A stretch of 58,990 nt of DNA, counting the filler. It is 6 parts of 6 records of this genome, joined end to end, with 100 filler letters (N's around TTAATTAATTAA, not from the genome) between each part and the next. Parts side by side here need not be neighbours in the genome. Positions count along the whole stretch, not along the records: positions 36,533 to 43,414 come from SRR31156797_5516; positions 43,515 to 58,990 come from SRR31156797_5521; 4 more parts are not named here. One strand, written 5' to 3'. A program made the position numbers and the translations under genes. Each line of letters opens with the position of its first letter. Within the stretch, counting starts at the first letter, position 1. Of this stretch, positions 38,210 through 48,280 are shown piece after piece. Below the pieces are notes generated by a model. It was not told the origin of the DNA and ran no database searches. It worked only from the letters and a program-made list of their open reading frames with translations.

Positions 38210-40081
38210 TTAAATGATACAATTCTTGCCTAAGTCTTTGGCTCTATATAGGGCTTTATCAGCTCTTTTTATTAAATCATTGATACTAATATCATCTTCT
38301 TCATATTCTGCAGAACCAACGCTTATTGTAAAATTAATATCTTTTTTATCAGTTTTAACTTTTGTTTGTGAGACTTTTGAGATTAAAAACTCACCTATTT
38401 TTCTAGCATTTATAATATTGCTATTGGGCAATAATATTAGAAATTCATCTCCACCCAATCTTACAATAATATCATTAGTTCTTATCACTTCTTTTATGGT
38501 ATTTACTAATAATAATATTACTTCGTCACCTTTATCGTGACCAAAATTATCGTTTACGGATTTAAAATTATCAATATCTAAAGCAAGAGCTGACATTGTT
38601 GCGTCTGCATTATTTTTTATATTTCGAATATAATTTCTTGAATACTCTTCCAAAAATCTTCGATTGAAAGCTTTTGTCAAAGAATCTGTGTTTGCAAGCT
38701 TCTCATTAAACGCACTTTTTGTTTCTGATTCTTTTAATTCTTGAAGTTTTTTATTTAATTTATTTCCCATTTCATTAAAATTGTCAGTCAACAAATCAAT
38801 CTCATGAATACCACACTTTTCAACCATTTTTATCTTTTTTTTCTCTCCAAAATTTTTAGTAAGGCTTATAATTGTTAAAAGTGGTTTATTAATTATTTTT
38901 ACAAAAGATTTTGCTCTGTAATGTAAAAAGAAAAAAAACCCTATATAAAAGAGAATTATAGAGATAATTATTCCATATCCTAGGTTTTTGTAATATGACT
39001 CAACATCTCTCATCTTTGCAGTAATTTTTTCCTCATCAATCAAAGATACAATATACCACGATGTTTTTTTAACTTTTTTACTAAATAACAAGTATTTTTT
39101 ACCATTCAAATAAAAGTCTGTTGTAAAAGTATTATGATCAAGTGCTTTTTTAAAGTTTGTTTTTATCACTTGATTTTCACTTCTTAGAAGGTTTATTGAA
39201 TCCTTGTCAAAAGTTTTACTGTAATTTATGTCACCATTTATATCTAAAATCTTTTTCACTTTATCTGTTGTTACTATTAAGTTTCCTTTTTTGTCTAAAA
39301 GCAAGGTTTGACCATCATAAGGTATTTTTGAAGTTACAATGTTTTTGATAATCTCATCAACAGTAATATCTATTCCACTAACACCTTCTAAAAAACCATT
39401 AACATAAACAGGAGCAATCACACTTAACATCCAACCCTTTCCTGCTGGGTCTCTATATATATCTGTCCAAATAGGTCTTTTACTTGGGTTGTTTTTTGTG
39501 TTTGCATCTTTATAAAAAGTAAAATTTTCAATATTAAAATCTGGAGGGAACACAAGATAAGAGTCATAAATAAATGGATAATACCTTGTATAGTTGTTGT
39601 GCGAGTTAAAATACGCTGCTGTAACTAAGTCATTTAAAGAAACAGTTGTTTTTAAAGTTTTATCAAACACTTCGGTATTATATATTTCAGACTTAATCTT
39701 TTCTGTTAGTTTAACTCTATTTGATACAATTACACTTGCTCCATTATTATCAACATCTTTATAAAAAACACCATTTTGTGAAGTTTTAAAACTTTCATTA
39801 TTTTTCTTAGTAATTTTATATTCAAAAAAGTTTTCATGTTCATTTTGTAAAATTAATGTAGTTTTCTCAATATTTGCAAATTTTGTTTCTATGGCTAGAA
39901 TTGAACTATTTATTGTTTGGTAAACACTTTTTTGAATATCATTCAAAAGACTATTGATACTAATATTAACTATACTTTTATTTGCTGAAAAATATATGAT
40001 AAGAAGAATTATCTCAATAAAAAGTATTGAAGAAAGGGCTGTTTTCAAATAATTTTTATATATGAGTTTTTCTAGTGTCAT
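38210..40081 (-). CDS. Cache-domain sensor diguanylate cyclase
   Basis: Two TM segments flanking WTDIYRDPAGKGW Cache region; DSLT-AFNRR, DIDNFK-VND-FGH--GD, RLGGDEF. Confidence 0.93.
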   Translation of the reverse strand: MTLEKLIYKNYLKTALSSILFIEIILLIIYFSANKSIVNISINSLLNDIQKSVYQTINSSILAIETKFANIEKTTLILQNEHENFFEYKITKKNNESFKTSQNGVFYKDVDNNGASVIVSNRVKLTEKIKSEIYNTEVFDKTLKTTVSLNDLVTAAYFNSHNNYTRYYPFIYDSYLVFPPDFNIENFTFYKDANTKNNPSKRPIWTDIYRDPAGKGWMLSVIAPVYVNGFLEGVSGIDITVDEIIKNIVTSKIPYDGQTLLLDKKGNLIVTTDKVKKILDINGDINYSKTFDKDSINLLRSENQVIKTNFKKALDHNTFTTDFYLNGKKYLLFSKKVKKTSWYIVSLIDEEKITAKMRDVESYYKNLGYGIIISIILFYIGFFFFLHYRAKSFVKIINKPLLTIISLTKNFGEKKKIKMVEKCGIHEIDLLTDNFNEMGNKLNKKLQELKESETKSAFNEKLANTDSLTKAFNRRFLEEYSRNYIRNIKNNADATMSALALDIDNFKSVNDNFGHDKGDEVILLLVNTIKEVIRTNDIIVRLGGDEFLILLPNSNIINARKIGEFLISKVSQTKVKTDKKDINFTISVGSAEYEEDDISINDLIKRADKALYRAKDLGKNCII

Positions 40082-40179
40082 ATTAGCCTTCTAATAATAC
40101 TTTATAATTTTTTAATTATTATAATAACTTATTGATAATTTTTTACTATAATTATTATTACTAAATTAAATTTTTAAGA

Positions 40180-40521
40180 TTACTCCATTTCCAAACTCAT
40201 TAAGAACATCTCTTCACCATCAATTACTTTTAATTGTGTAGATTCACATTTAGGACAACAAAAGTCATTTTTTTCTAATGTTGATTGTTCATTACAGGAG
40301 AAACACTCTATGACCACTTTTTGATGGTTTATTATAAACTCGGCATTGTGACAAACTGTTTGCTCTTTAAATGTGTCAAAAGCTGTTTGTAATAAATCAG
40401 GTTCAACTCCACTTAAAACACCAATTTTTACTATTACTTTTGTAACATTTGTAGATTTATTTTGTCTTGCATGCTCTTCACAACTTTCTAAAAGTGATTG
40501 AACAATTGAGTATTCGTGCAT
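40180..40521 (-). CDS. hypA: hydrogenase nickel chaperone
   Basis: MHE N-terminus, two CxxC motifs. Confidence 0.96.
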   Translation of the reverse strand: MHEYSIVQSLLESCEEHARQNKSTNVTKVIVKIGVLSGVEPDLLQTAFDTFKEQTVCHNAEFIINHQKVVIECFSCNEQSTLEKNDFCCPKCESTQLKVIDGEEMFLMSLEME

Positions 40522-40545
40522 TTAATATTCCTTTTTAGATTACGA

Positions 40546-41541
40546 TTAACAAATTCTAGGAAGAAGTTCGCCTGTTGGTAAGTCAATAAATCTTTGAGTT
40601 CCCCAAGCAGTATTTAGAACAACTTTCCCTTTATATTGTGAAGTTACTTTTCCTATAACACTAACCTCTTTTGATGTTTCGATTGATTTTAAAACCTCTA
40701 ATACTTTTTGCTCTTGCTCTTTTGATACAGCTAAAACAAAAGTTCCTTCATTTGCTAAGCTTAAAGCTTCAAATCCAAGTAGTTCACAAACCCCATTTAC
40801 CTCATCACAAACAGGAACTTTTTCCTCTTCGACCTCAACACAAATATCAGATTGTTTTGCCCATTCATTTAAAACAGCACTTACTCCACCTCTTGTAGCA
40901 TCTCTTAATGCTCTTATCTCAACACCTGCTTCAATAAGTTTTTCAACAACTGGCCACAAAGAAGCACAATCTGATTTTAAATCAGTTGAGAAATCTATTC
41001 CTTCTCTACTTGCAAAAATAGTTGCACCATGTTTTCCTACTGAGTTAGATACTAAAATCACATCATCTTCTTGGATGTTATTTGATGAGATACCTTTTTG
41101 TTTGATTTCACCTATTCCAGTTGTGTTTATAAATATCTTATCAACACTTCCTCTTGGAACAACCTTTGTATCACCACTTACAACAATTGCTCCATTTAGG
41201 GCTAACTCTTTTTCCATACTTGAAACAATTCTTTTTAATGTTTCTACATCAAAACCCTCTTCAATAATAACTGAACAAGTTAAGTATTTAGGTTTTGCTC
41301 CCATCATAGCAAGGTCATTACAAGTTCCACAAACTGCTAGTTTTCCAATATCTGCTCCTGGAAACTCTATTGGACTTACTGTAAAAGAATCAGTTGAAAA
41401 AGCTAAGTTACCATTTTCTATTACTGCAGCATCTTCACTTTTTGATAAAATCTCATTTTTAAAAGCTTTATAAAATATTTTTGTAATTAATTCATTATTC
41501 TCTTGCCCACCATTTCCATGAGCCAATGTAATAGTTTTCAT
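40546..41541 (-). CDS. hypE: hydrogenase maturation carbamoyl dehydratase
   Basis: HGNGG, TDSFTV, GDTKVV, RDATRGG, ANEG, C-terminal PRIC. Confidence 0.98.
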   Translation of the reverse strand: MKTITLAHGNGGQENNELITKIFYKAFKNEILSKSEDAAVIENGNLAFSTDSFTVSPIEFPGADIGKLAVCGTCNDLAMMGAKPKYLTCSVIIEEGFDVETLKRIVSSMEKELALNGAIVVSGDTKVVPRGSVDKIFINTTGIGEIKQKGISSNNIQEDDVILVSNSVGKHGATIFASREGIDFSTDLKSDCASLWPVVEKLIEAGVEIRALRDATRGGVSAVLNEWAKQSDICVEVEEEKVPVCDEVNGVCELLGFEALSLANEGTFVLAVSKEQEQKVLEVLKSIETSKEVSVIGKVTSQYKGKVVLNTAWGTQRFIDLPTGELLPRIC

Positions 41542-41543
41542 TT

Positions 41544-42260
41544 TTACCTTTCTTCTACTATTTGTCCAAATTTTTTCAAAACTAAATTTGCATAAGGTGT
41601 ATCTTCTACATTATTTAAATAAGTTTCTAATTCTTTTTTTTCAAAGTGTTTTGTTTTGTCTACTTCTTGGATATATGATTTCATAACTTTTTCATCATAT
41701 TCAGGATGAAATTGCACTCCCCAGATACAAGATGAAACTCTAAAAGCATGATTATTATCGTGGTTGTTATATGCAAGATTTACTGCACCATTTGGTAGAG
41801 TTTCAACTGTTTGAGAGTGTATTGTATGAGCTTTAAACTCTATAGGTAAAGAACCAAAAAGAATATCATCTTTTGCAAGGCTGCAAAGAGTTACATTAAC
41901 AGTTCCTATCTCTAAACCATTTTTATGATAAGTACTTTTACCATTTAAAGCTTTTGCTATAAGCTGATGCCCATAGCAAATACCTAATGTAGGAATCTCT
42001 TTTTCTACTAATAAAGGAATCCATTTTTCAATCTCTACACTCCATGGTTCTTCATCTGTAACCATTGAGTGTGAACCTGTGATTATAACTGCATCGCAAT
42101 CTTCTATCAAAGGCAGTTTGTCGTTGTTATGAATATCAATAACTTCTATATTTAAATTTTTGTTATCTAATTTCTCAATAACCCACTTGTCAAAATCTCC
42201 ATATAAAGAAGAGGTTTTATCAAAAGTTATTCCAGTTTTTATTATAAAAAGTTTTTTCAT
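41544..42260 (-). CDS. class I glutamine amidotransferase (stand-alone)
   Basis: ITGS, GICYGHQ and QFHPE: intact Cys-His-Glu triad. Confidence 0.92.
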   Translation of the reverse strand: MKKLFIIKTGITFDKTSSLYGDFDKWVIEKLDNKNLNIEVIDIHNNDKLPLIEDCDAVIITGSHSMVTDEEPWSVEIEKWIPLLVEKEIPTLGICYGHQLIAKALNGKSTYHKNGLEIGTVNVTLCSLAKDDILFGSLPIEFKAHTIHSQTVETLPNGAVNLAYNNHDNNHAFRVSSCIWGVQFHPEYDEKVMKSYIQEVDKTKHFEKKELETYLNNVEDTPYANLVLKKFGQIVEER

Positions 42261-43387
42261 TTATTTAATAGATTCCCATACTTATAATAAGCACTGCATG
42301 CACCTTCACTAGACACCATACAAGAACCTAAGGGTGAACTTGGCTTACAAGCAGTACCAAATACTTTACAATCATTTGGTTTTGCTACACCTCTCATAAT
42401 ATCTCCACAAATACAAAGTTTATGGTCATCTATTTTATCATTTGGTAAGATATCTTTATAGATAACTTCTGCATCAATAGAAGAGTATTCATCTTTTAAT
42501 CTATATGCTGAGTGTGGAATATCACCTAAACCTCTCCATCTAAAACTATCAGCTTTAATAAAAAACTTATCATTTAGTTTTTGAGCAGCTAAATTACCAT
42601 CATAAGAAACAGCCCTTGAGTACTCAATCTCTAATTCGCATTTTTCTTCATTGAATTGTCTTACAATAGCCAAGATTGATTGCATTACATCAACTGGTTC
42701 GAAACCACTTACTACTACTGGTTTTTTATATGTAGTTACAAACTCTTGATATATTTTAGAACCAGTTATTACACTAACATGTGAAGGTCCAATAAAAGCA
42801 TCAATTTTACAATCATCACTTGCTAATAATGCTCTCATAGGTTCAGGAACTGTTATGTGGTTTATATGAAAATATACATTTTCTATTTTGTTTTTAGTTA
42901 CATGTTCTAAAAGTGCCGCTGTCATTGGAGTTGTTGTTTCAAACCCTATTGCAAAAAAGACAATCTTTTTATCTGGATTTTCTTGTGCTATTTTTATAGT
43001 ATCTAAAGGAGAATATACAAATCTTACATCTGCACCTTTACTTCTAGCATCTTGTAAACTTCCCTTGCTTCCTGGAACTTTTATCATATCTCCAAGAGTT
43101 ACTAAAATCACATCTTCTTGTAAGCTTAGAATATATGCATGGTCAATTCTCTCTTTTGGCATAACACACACAGGACATCCAGGACCATGAATAAACTCAA
43201 TGTTTTCTGGCATAAGTTGGTTTAATCCATACTTCATAATAGTATGAGTATGTCCTCCACAAACCTCCATTACATTTATTTTTGAAGGAAGTTTTTTTGA
43301 TTCTTCATCAATTAGCTTTTTTAAGGCTTTGATAGTTTTAGGGTTTCTAAAACCATCATATAAATCTTTTAATTTAAGTTCAGACAT
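42257..43387 (-). CDS. hypD: hydrogenase maturation protein
   Basis: MEVCGGHT, GPGCPVC, GFETT, PSHVS, CMVSSEGAC; start at MSELK. Confidence 0.98.
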   Translation of the reverse strand: MSELKLKDLYDGFRNPKTIKALKKLIDEESKKLPSKINVMEVCGGHTHTIMKYGLNQLMPENIEFIHGPGCPVCVMPKERIDHAYILSLQEDVILVTLGDMIKVPGSKGSLQDARSKGADVRFVYSPLDTIKIAQENPDKKIVFFAIGFETTTPMTAALLEHVTKNKIENVYFHINHITVPEPMRALLASDDCKIDAFIGPSHVSVITGSKIYQEFVTTYKKPVVVSGFEPVDVMQSILAIVRQFNEEKCELEIEYSRAVSYDGNLAAQKLNDKFFIKADSFRWRGLGDIPHSAYRLKDEYSSIDAEVIYKDILPNDKIDDHKLCICGDIMRGVAKPNDCKVFGTACKPSSPLGSCMVSSEGACSAYYKYGNLLNK

Positions 43388-43414
43388 TTTAGCCTCTATT
43401 TGGACAGGCATCAT

Positions 43415-43514
43415 NNNNNNNNNNNNNNNNNNNNNNNNNNNNNNNNNNNNNNNNNNNNTTAATTAATTAANNNNNNNNNNNNNNNNNNNNNNNNNNNNNN
43501 NNNNNNNNNNNNNN
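43415..43514. other. artificial contig linker
   Basis: 44 N + TTAATTAATTAA + 44 N. Confidence 0.99.
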
Positions 43515-43558
43515 AGGAAGTAAGAAGTAAGAAGTAGGAAGTAATAAGTAAGAAGAAG
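43515..43558. repeat. degenerate 7-bp tandem repeat (AAGTAAG-like)
   Basis: aggaagt aagaagt aagaagt aggaagt aataagt aagaaga at the contig end. Confidence 0.8.
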
Positions 43559-43665
43559 CCCGATGAGTTGGGTAAATCAACAATTTTGAATTTTTGAATG
43601 TTACTTTTGCAATCTGTCAAGAATGTAATTATCGAATTATGCTCGCCTGTAATAAATATGCCTGT

Positions 43666-44577
43666 ATGAGTGCCGGACAAAAACTGGCCGCTGTTCTGCC
43701 CAACTTTTTAATTGTTGGTGCTCAGAAATCCGGGACAACATCACTATACAGCATACTGAAACAGCACAGCCAGATTTATTTACATCCTAAAAAAGAGCTC
43801 CATTTCTTTGATGTGGAAAAAGATTATGAAGACGGCGTAAAATTTTATGCTTCCTATTTTCGGGACACAGGCGCAGCAACAGCAGTTGGTGAAGCTACCC
43901 CGGCTTACTTTTTTCTTCCGGAAATTCCGGGCAGAATTGTAGAGACCCTTGGCAACGAGGTGAAAATCATTGTTATTGTGCGCAACCCGGTCGACCGTGC
44001 ATTTTCGCAATACCGAATGCTGGTGAATATGGGATTGGAAAAAAGAACGCTTGAAGAAGCCATGGCTTTTAACTTAAAGCGGTTTCAAAATCAGGGTATT
44101 ACATTTGAAAAGTCTACCAGTTACCTCGATCGCGGACTTTATTCAGTACAAATCGAAAATTACTTTAGGGTATTCCCACGTGAGCAAATCCGGCTGTTTG
44201 TGTTTGAGCATGACTTCCTGAAGCAACCCGCTAAAATGATCAGAGAAATACAGGAATTCCTGGAAGTTGATTATGAAAAATTGAATACCTTAATCAGGGA
44301 AACACCTGCCAAGCGTGTTAAAAATGAAAAGGTTGAAACGGTTTTGAATACCGCAAATCCTGTAAATCAGTTTTTTAAAAGGGCTATTCCTTCAAAAAAA
44401 ATAAGGGCGCTGATCAAACTCAAAATGAATAGACTGAATACCGATGGATCAAATTTGGAGGCTGACTGGGATGGCTGGCGCAAGCGGCTGATCAGGGAGG
44501 TTTTCATTGATGACATCAAAAAGACGGAAATCCTGATCAACCGTGATTTGAGCGGATGGTACAAGGATTTTGTTTAG
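43666..44577 (+). CDS. PAPS-dependent sulfotransferase
   Basis: PNFLIVGAQKSGTTSL, KELHFF, GEATP-Y, RNPVDRAFSQY. Confidence 0.93.
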   Translation: MSAGQKLAAVLPNFLIVGAQKSGTTSLYSILKQHSQIYLHPKKELHFFDVEKDYEDGVKFYASYFRDTGAATAVGEATPAYFFLPEIPGRIVETLGNEVKIIVIVRNPVDRAFSQYRMLVNMGLEKRTLEEAMAFNLKRFQNQGITFEKSTSYLDRGLYSVQIENYFRVFPREQIRLFVFEHDFLKQPAKMIREIQEFLEVDYEKLNTLIRETPAKRVKNEKVETVLNTANPVNQFFKRAIPSKKIRALIKLKMNRLNTDGSNLEADWDGWRKRLIREVFIDDIKKTEILINRDLSGWYKDFV

Positions 44578-44580
44578 AAA

Positions 44581-45309
44581 CTATTTTTCCATTTCAGTAA
44601 TATAATCATTGAAACGCGGCACGCCTATACGCCCATCATCCCAATATTGTTTCTGCCAGTTGACCTTTAAATTATTTTTGGTTGCGAGTTTAAAGACGAG
44701 TTTCCGGGAAACATTGGATCGCCAACCATCGTAATCCTTAAATGTTTTCATCGAAAGCACCTTATAAACTTGCTTCCCGATTTCGCCCCAATGTCTGATA
44801 AAACCCAGCCAAAGGAATTCGTGGGCACGCCTTGCATGATGGATTACAGCTTTGCCTCCCGGCCTGAGAACCCTTGAAATTTCAGTAAAGTAGGAAGCGA
44901 TTACCTTTTTATACATATGCACAAAAGAATCATACGACCAGACCAGATCAATACTTTCATTCTGAACTCCCGGTAAAGCTTTGCCATCGTTGGCAATGTA
45001 TTTGATGTGATCATGATCCTTAAACCGGTTTTTACAGAATTCAATATTGTTTTTACCCAGGTCTGTAAGCGTCAGTGCTCTCACGCGATTTGCTATATGG
45101 GCCGACCAGCGGCCATGGCCCGGTGCGATTTCAACAACTGAACAGGTTTTATCCAGGTAAGGAAACAGGATGTGGTTTACCAGGGATTGTTTCCAGGTTT
45201 CATAATCTACACCGCAGTAGGCTGCCTGTCCCTGCCATTCGTCGCCGTCCTGCGACCAGTCGTAAGTGTCATTCCATGATTCCAGATTGTTTTCGATGGT
45301 ATTCTTCAT
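44581..45309 (-). CDS. class I SAM-dependent methyltransferase
   Basis: VVEIAPGHGRW motif I, SYDSFVH, RVLRPGG. Confidence 0.9.
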   Translation of the reverse strand: MKNTIENNLESWNDTYDWSQDGDEWQGQAAYCGVDYETWKQSLVNHILFPYLDKTCSVVEIAPGHGRWSAHIANRVRALTLTDLGKNNIEFCKNRFKDHDHIKYIANDGKALPGVQNESIDLVWSYDSFVHMYKKVIASYFTEISRVLRPGGKAVIHHARRAHEFLWLGFIRHWGEIGKQVYKVLSMKTFKDYDGWRSNVSRKLVFKLATKNNLKVNWQKQYWDDGRIGVPRFNDYITEMEK

Positions 45310-46346
45310 GGTTGCTGATTCAGTTTATTCCACTTTGCCAATCCAATTTCTTTTTTGAGATTGATGAATTCCTTTTTATACAGTAACAGGTCACGGATCG
45401 TAATCTTAGTTCGCTCCAATTCAATGTGCAGGCGGCTTCCTTCAGCTTTATTACCAGGCCTGAAGACAATTATTAATCCCTGCAGCCATAATTTTAGTGT
45501 TTTGCTGATGAGCAAAAAAAGCCACGAAAATTTTATATCAATAATTGTGTTGCCGGGTTTTTTAACTTTCCTGATCCAGTATTCATAAGCCAAAAACCAA
45601 ATGATGGAGTGGCTGATGCCCCGGTTTAATTTTTTGAGATAGTTCCAATTAAGCCTGGATTTTGTGATAAAATGATCCAGTATTAATTTTGGTGAAAACA
45701 GGATTTCCCAACCTGCAATTTTAAGTGCTTTGCACATTTCGTAGTCTTCACCTGAGCTCAGGTTTTCTCCTGTACGGCCAACCAACACGCTGGTAAATCC
45801 CTTTTTACTTAAATCATCGTATGCCTTTTTCCGGATGCATAAACCAGCTCCAAACAGCCCGATTTCGTCAGGCTCCCCAAATGCTTTGGCCAGCCGGCCA
45901 ACGGCAAAGGAGTGATCAAAAAGGTGAAACCAGTCTGGTTTTTCGGATTCAAAAACGGCGTTGTTTATTCCGCCCAGGGCAGCGCACTTTGGGTGGTTTT
46001 CAAAAACTGCAACCAATTCGATAAGGTAATTTTCATTCAGGCGGTTATCATCATCCACAAAAACAATGTAAGGATATTTACTCATTGCCAGTCCTTTTTT
46101 TCGCGCGAACATTAATCCTGGCTGATTCTCATGATGGATATGTTGTGGAAAGGGCGTATTAAGTTCCTGCCATAAAGTTTTGGCAACCTGGCCGGTTTCG
46201 TCATCAGAGGCATTGTCTATCACAAGCAGCTCAACCTGGTAGCTCTCAGGGATCTTAACCAGCGCAAGATGTTGCAGAGTTTCAGGTAGCAGAAGGCTAC
46301 TGTTGAAACCGCACAAAATAATGGATATTCCTTTTGGTGAATTCAT
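45306..46346 (-). CDS. GT2 glycosyltransferase
   Basis: SIILCGFN, IDNASDD, FVDDD, GAGL, SGED. Confidence 0.92.
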   Translation of the reverse strand: MNSPKGISIILCGFNSSLLLPETLQHLALVKIPESYQVELLVIDNASDDETGQVAKTLWQELNTPFPQHIHHENQPGLMFARKKGLAMSKYPYIVFVDDDNRLNENYLIELVAVFENHPKCAALGGINNAVFESEKPDWFHLFDHSFAVGRLAKAFGEPDEIGLFGAGLCIRKKAYDDLSKKGFTSVLVGRTGENLSSGEDYEMCKALKIAGWEILFSPKLILDHFITKSRLNWNYLKKLNRGISHSIIWFLAYEYWIRKVKKPGNTIIDIKFSWLFLLISKTLKLWLQGLIIVFRPGNKAEGSRLHIELERTKITIRDLLLYKKEFINLKKEIGLAKWNKLNQQP

Positions 46347-47395
46347 TTAACGTTTCGCAAAATAAACAATGAAAACCTGCGGATAAACTTACGGAGCCGA
46401 ACCGGGAAAAGGTAAAAGTACAAGACCGCCAATTGTTTCGTTTTGGAGGCTTTTTTATCCCTCACAAGTTTACGCCATGCTTGCCTGCGATAGGATATGG
46501 CGTATTTCGATTTAAAATTATCGTATTCGAATTGATGATCGCTTTTCAGTTCAAGTGCATAGTTCTCACACAGCTTAAGCAGGGCAGGGTTCTCTCCCGG
46601 GTAAATCCTGTTGAAATGATCGGGGCTGGAAAATAAACCGGGCTTTGTGGGGTTAAAATCTGCAAAGTGCACAAATACAAGCTTTTTAGTTTTGTTTACA
46701 AAATAGTGATCGCCCTTTTTTGCCAGGTCTCTTTCATGGACATTCCAATAGGCAAAGTTGTATCCAGGATGCCTGATGATTTTCACATTTTCGAAAAACA
46801 AAGGTGCAAGGCTCATCCACATTTGGTCGGCTGTGAGCCCAAGGTCATGATTTTCGTAGCCAAATTTCAGCACACGTTTTTTCCACCAGGCTAATATTTT
46901 GCGTGCATTATCCGAGTTTTTAAAACCTGCAAATCCCATGTTGAAAAGCCCGGTGCGCAGGATGTCGAGTTCTGTTGGAAATTTGTTATCCTCAATCGGA
47001 TGTGTGAAATGCGGTGTCAGGATCAGGTCGTGGGTCGTTAACAATGATTCTGCTTCCTCCAGGCGGTTATAAATCCGCATATCGCCGTCAAAATATAACA
47101 GGTGGTCAGTTTCGGGGAATTGATTCAGGATGTATGCTGCGAGTATGGGTTTAAGACAAAAACTGATCTCCGAAATATTCAGGTTGCCGATTAAATCAGG
47201 CAAGTATTCGAGTTCAAGGCTTTCAATGCTGATGAATTCCAGGTTAGGCCTCACGAACGGTTTTATGCGATCATCCTTTGGGTCGATCAGGAAAATATAA
47301 AACCGGTATTCCGGATGGTGGTACAAAAAGGAGTGGGCGAGTGTACAGGCCCGAGGTAAATAGTTGATCGTTGCCGTGCTGTATGCGACATTCAT
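46343..47395 (-). CDS. putative GT-A glycosyltransferase
   Basis: NYLPRA, LKP, YFDGD (DxD), LTPH, FNMGF, DQMW, GYNFAYWN-HER. Confidence 0.78.
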   Translation of the reverse strand: MNVAYSTATINYLPRACTLAHSFLYHHPEYRFYIFLIDPKDDRIKPFVRPNLEFISIESLELEYLPDLIGNLNISEISFCLKPILAAYILNQFPETDHLLYFDGDMRIYNRLEEAESLLTTHDLILTPHFTHPIEDNKFPTELDILRTGLFNMGFAGFKNSDNARKILAWWKKRVLKFGYENHDLGLTADQMWMSLAPLFFENVKIIRHPGYNFAYWNVHERDLAKKGDHYFVNKTKKLVFVHFADFNPTKPGLFSSPDHFNRIYPGENPALLKLCENYALELKSDHQFEYDNFKSKYAISYRRQAWRKLVRDKKASKTKQLAVLYFYLFPVRLRKFIRRFSLFILRNVK

Positions 47396-47408
47396 CCGGC
47401 AAAACTAG

Positions 47409-48140
47409 TTAAAAATACTTGCTGAGCTCCCTGTAGGTTGCTGTGGCTTCGATTAGCAAATTTTGAATAAACCTGAAACCAACACCCTGCGGTTCAGAAA
47501 TTATCCGGCTGTCAAAAAACTTCTTGAAAAGTTTGGAGTTGAAGTTGAATTCTGTCCGGTTGCTGATTTTTTCAAGAGATACTACCGGATTTGATATCAG
47601 GTCCTCAAAGCTCACCACAGCCATATTTTTTTGCTGATGCTTTTCAAGAAAAGTAATTATGTGCCGGTTATAGTAGATATAAGTTTTGAGATATCTTGAT
47701 TTTTGCCTGAGCGACCATTTGGTTTTGAGTAACCTGCACAACGAATTGACCACATCCTCCGGTTTCCTGACCAAGAAAATAAATGCTGCTTCCCTGTCGA
47801 TGGCATGCCAGTGATGTAAAAAAACGCTGGTACGTGGGTCTTTCCATCCCCAGGGGTTGCCCCTTTTACCATCTGCTTTTTGCCGGTAAAGTTCTTTCGA
47901 TGATCGCACAAAATCCAGTGAAATCGGGAAGTCTTCATAAACCAGGTAATCCTCTCCATCAAAATGCCGGGCCAATTCTCTGCGTTGAAGGTTCAAAAAA
48001 TCAAGATCCTCATAATGTCCATATTTGTTGGAGGTTTCGTCGCGGTAAAAATCCTCACCCATCCTTATTCCGGATTCGTGCATGAATCTGGCAAACATTG
48101 AAGTTCCGGAACGGTGCATGCCTGTGAGGATGATAGTCAT
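47409..48140 (-). CDS. sulfotransferase family protein
   Basis: TGMHRSGTS, WGWKDPR, R-P--V--S. Confidence 0.88.
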   Translation of the reverse strand: MTIILTGMHRSGTSMFARFMHESGIRMGEDFYRDETSNKYGHYEDLDFLNLQRRELARHFDGEDYLVYEDFPISLDFVRSSKELYRQKADGKRGNPWGWKDPRTSVFLHHWHAIDREAAFIFLVRKPEDVVNSLCRLLKTKWSLRQKSRYLKTYIYYNRHIITFLEKHQQKNMAVVSFEDLISNPVVSLEKISNRTEFNFNSKLFKKFFDSRIISEPQGVGFRFIQNLLIEATATYRELSKYF

Positions 48141-48280
48141 AAGGGTTGTTAGGTTGTTAAGAGCGATGGTTACAGTGTTATTAAGTTGATTTTGCTTATT
48201 CTAGTGAAAATGTAAAAATATGTTATTCGCATAAGCTTCAAAGCCTGATTGATTACTTTTGTTAAGCAAAGTCTTCGATC

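Noticed and set aside
43390-43414. Upstream ATG for hypD (MMPVQIEAK) given in the track
   Set aside because: More likely the 3' end of the preceding gene (...DACPNRG*, perhaps hypC); too short to call.
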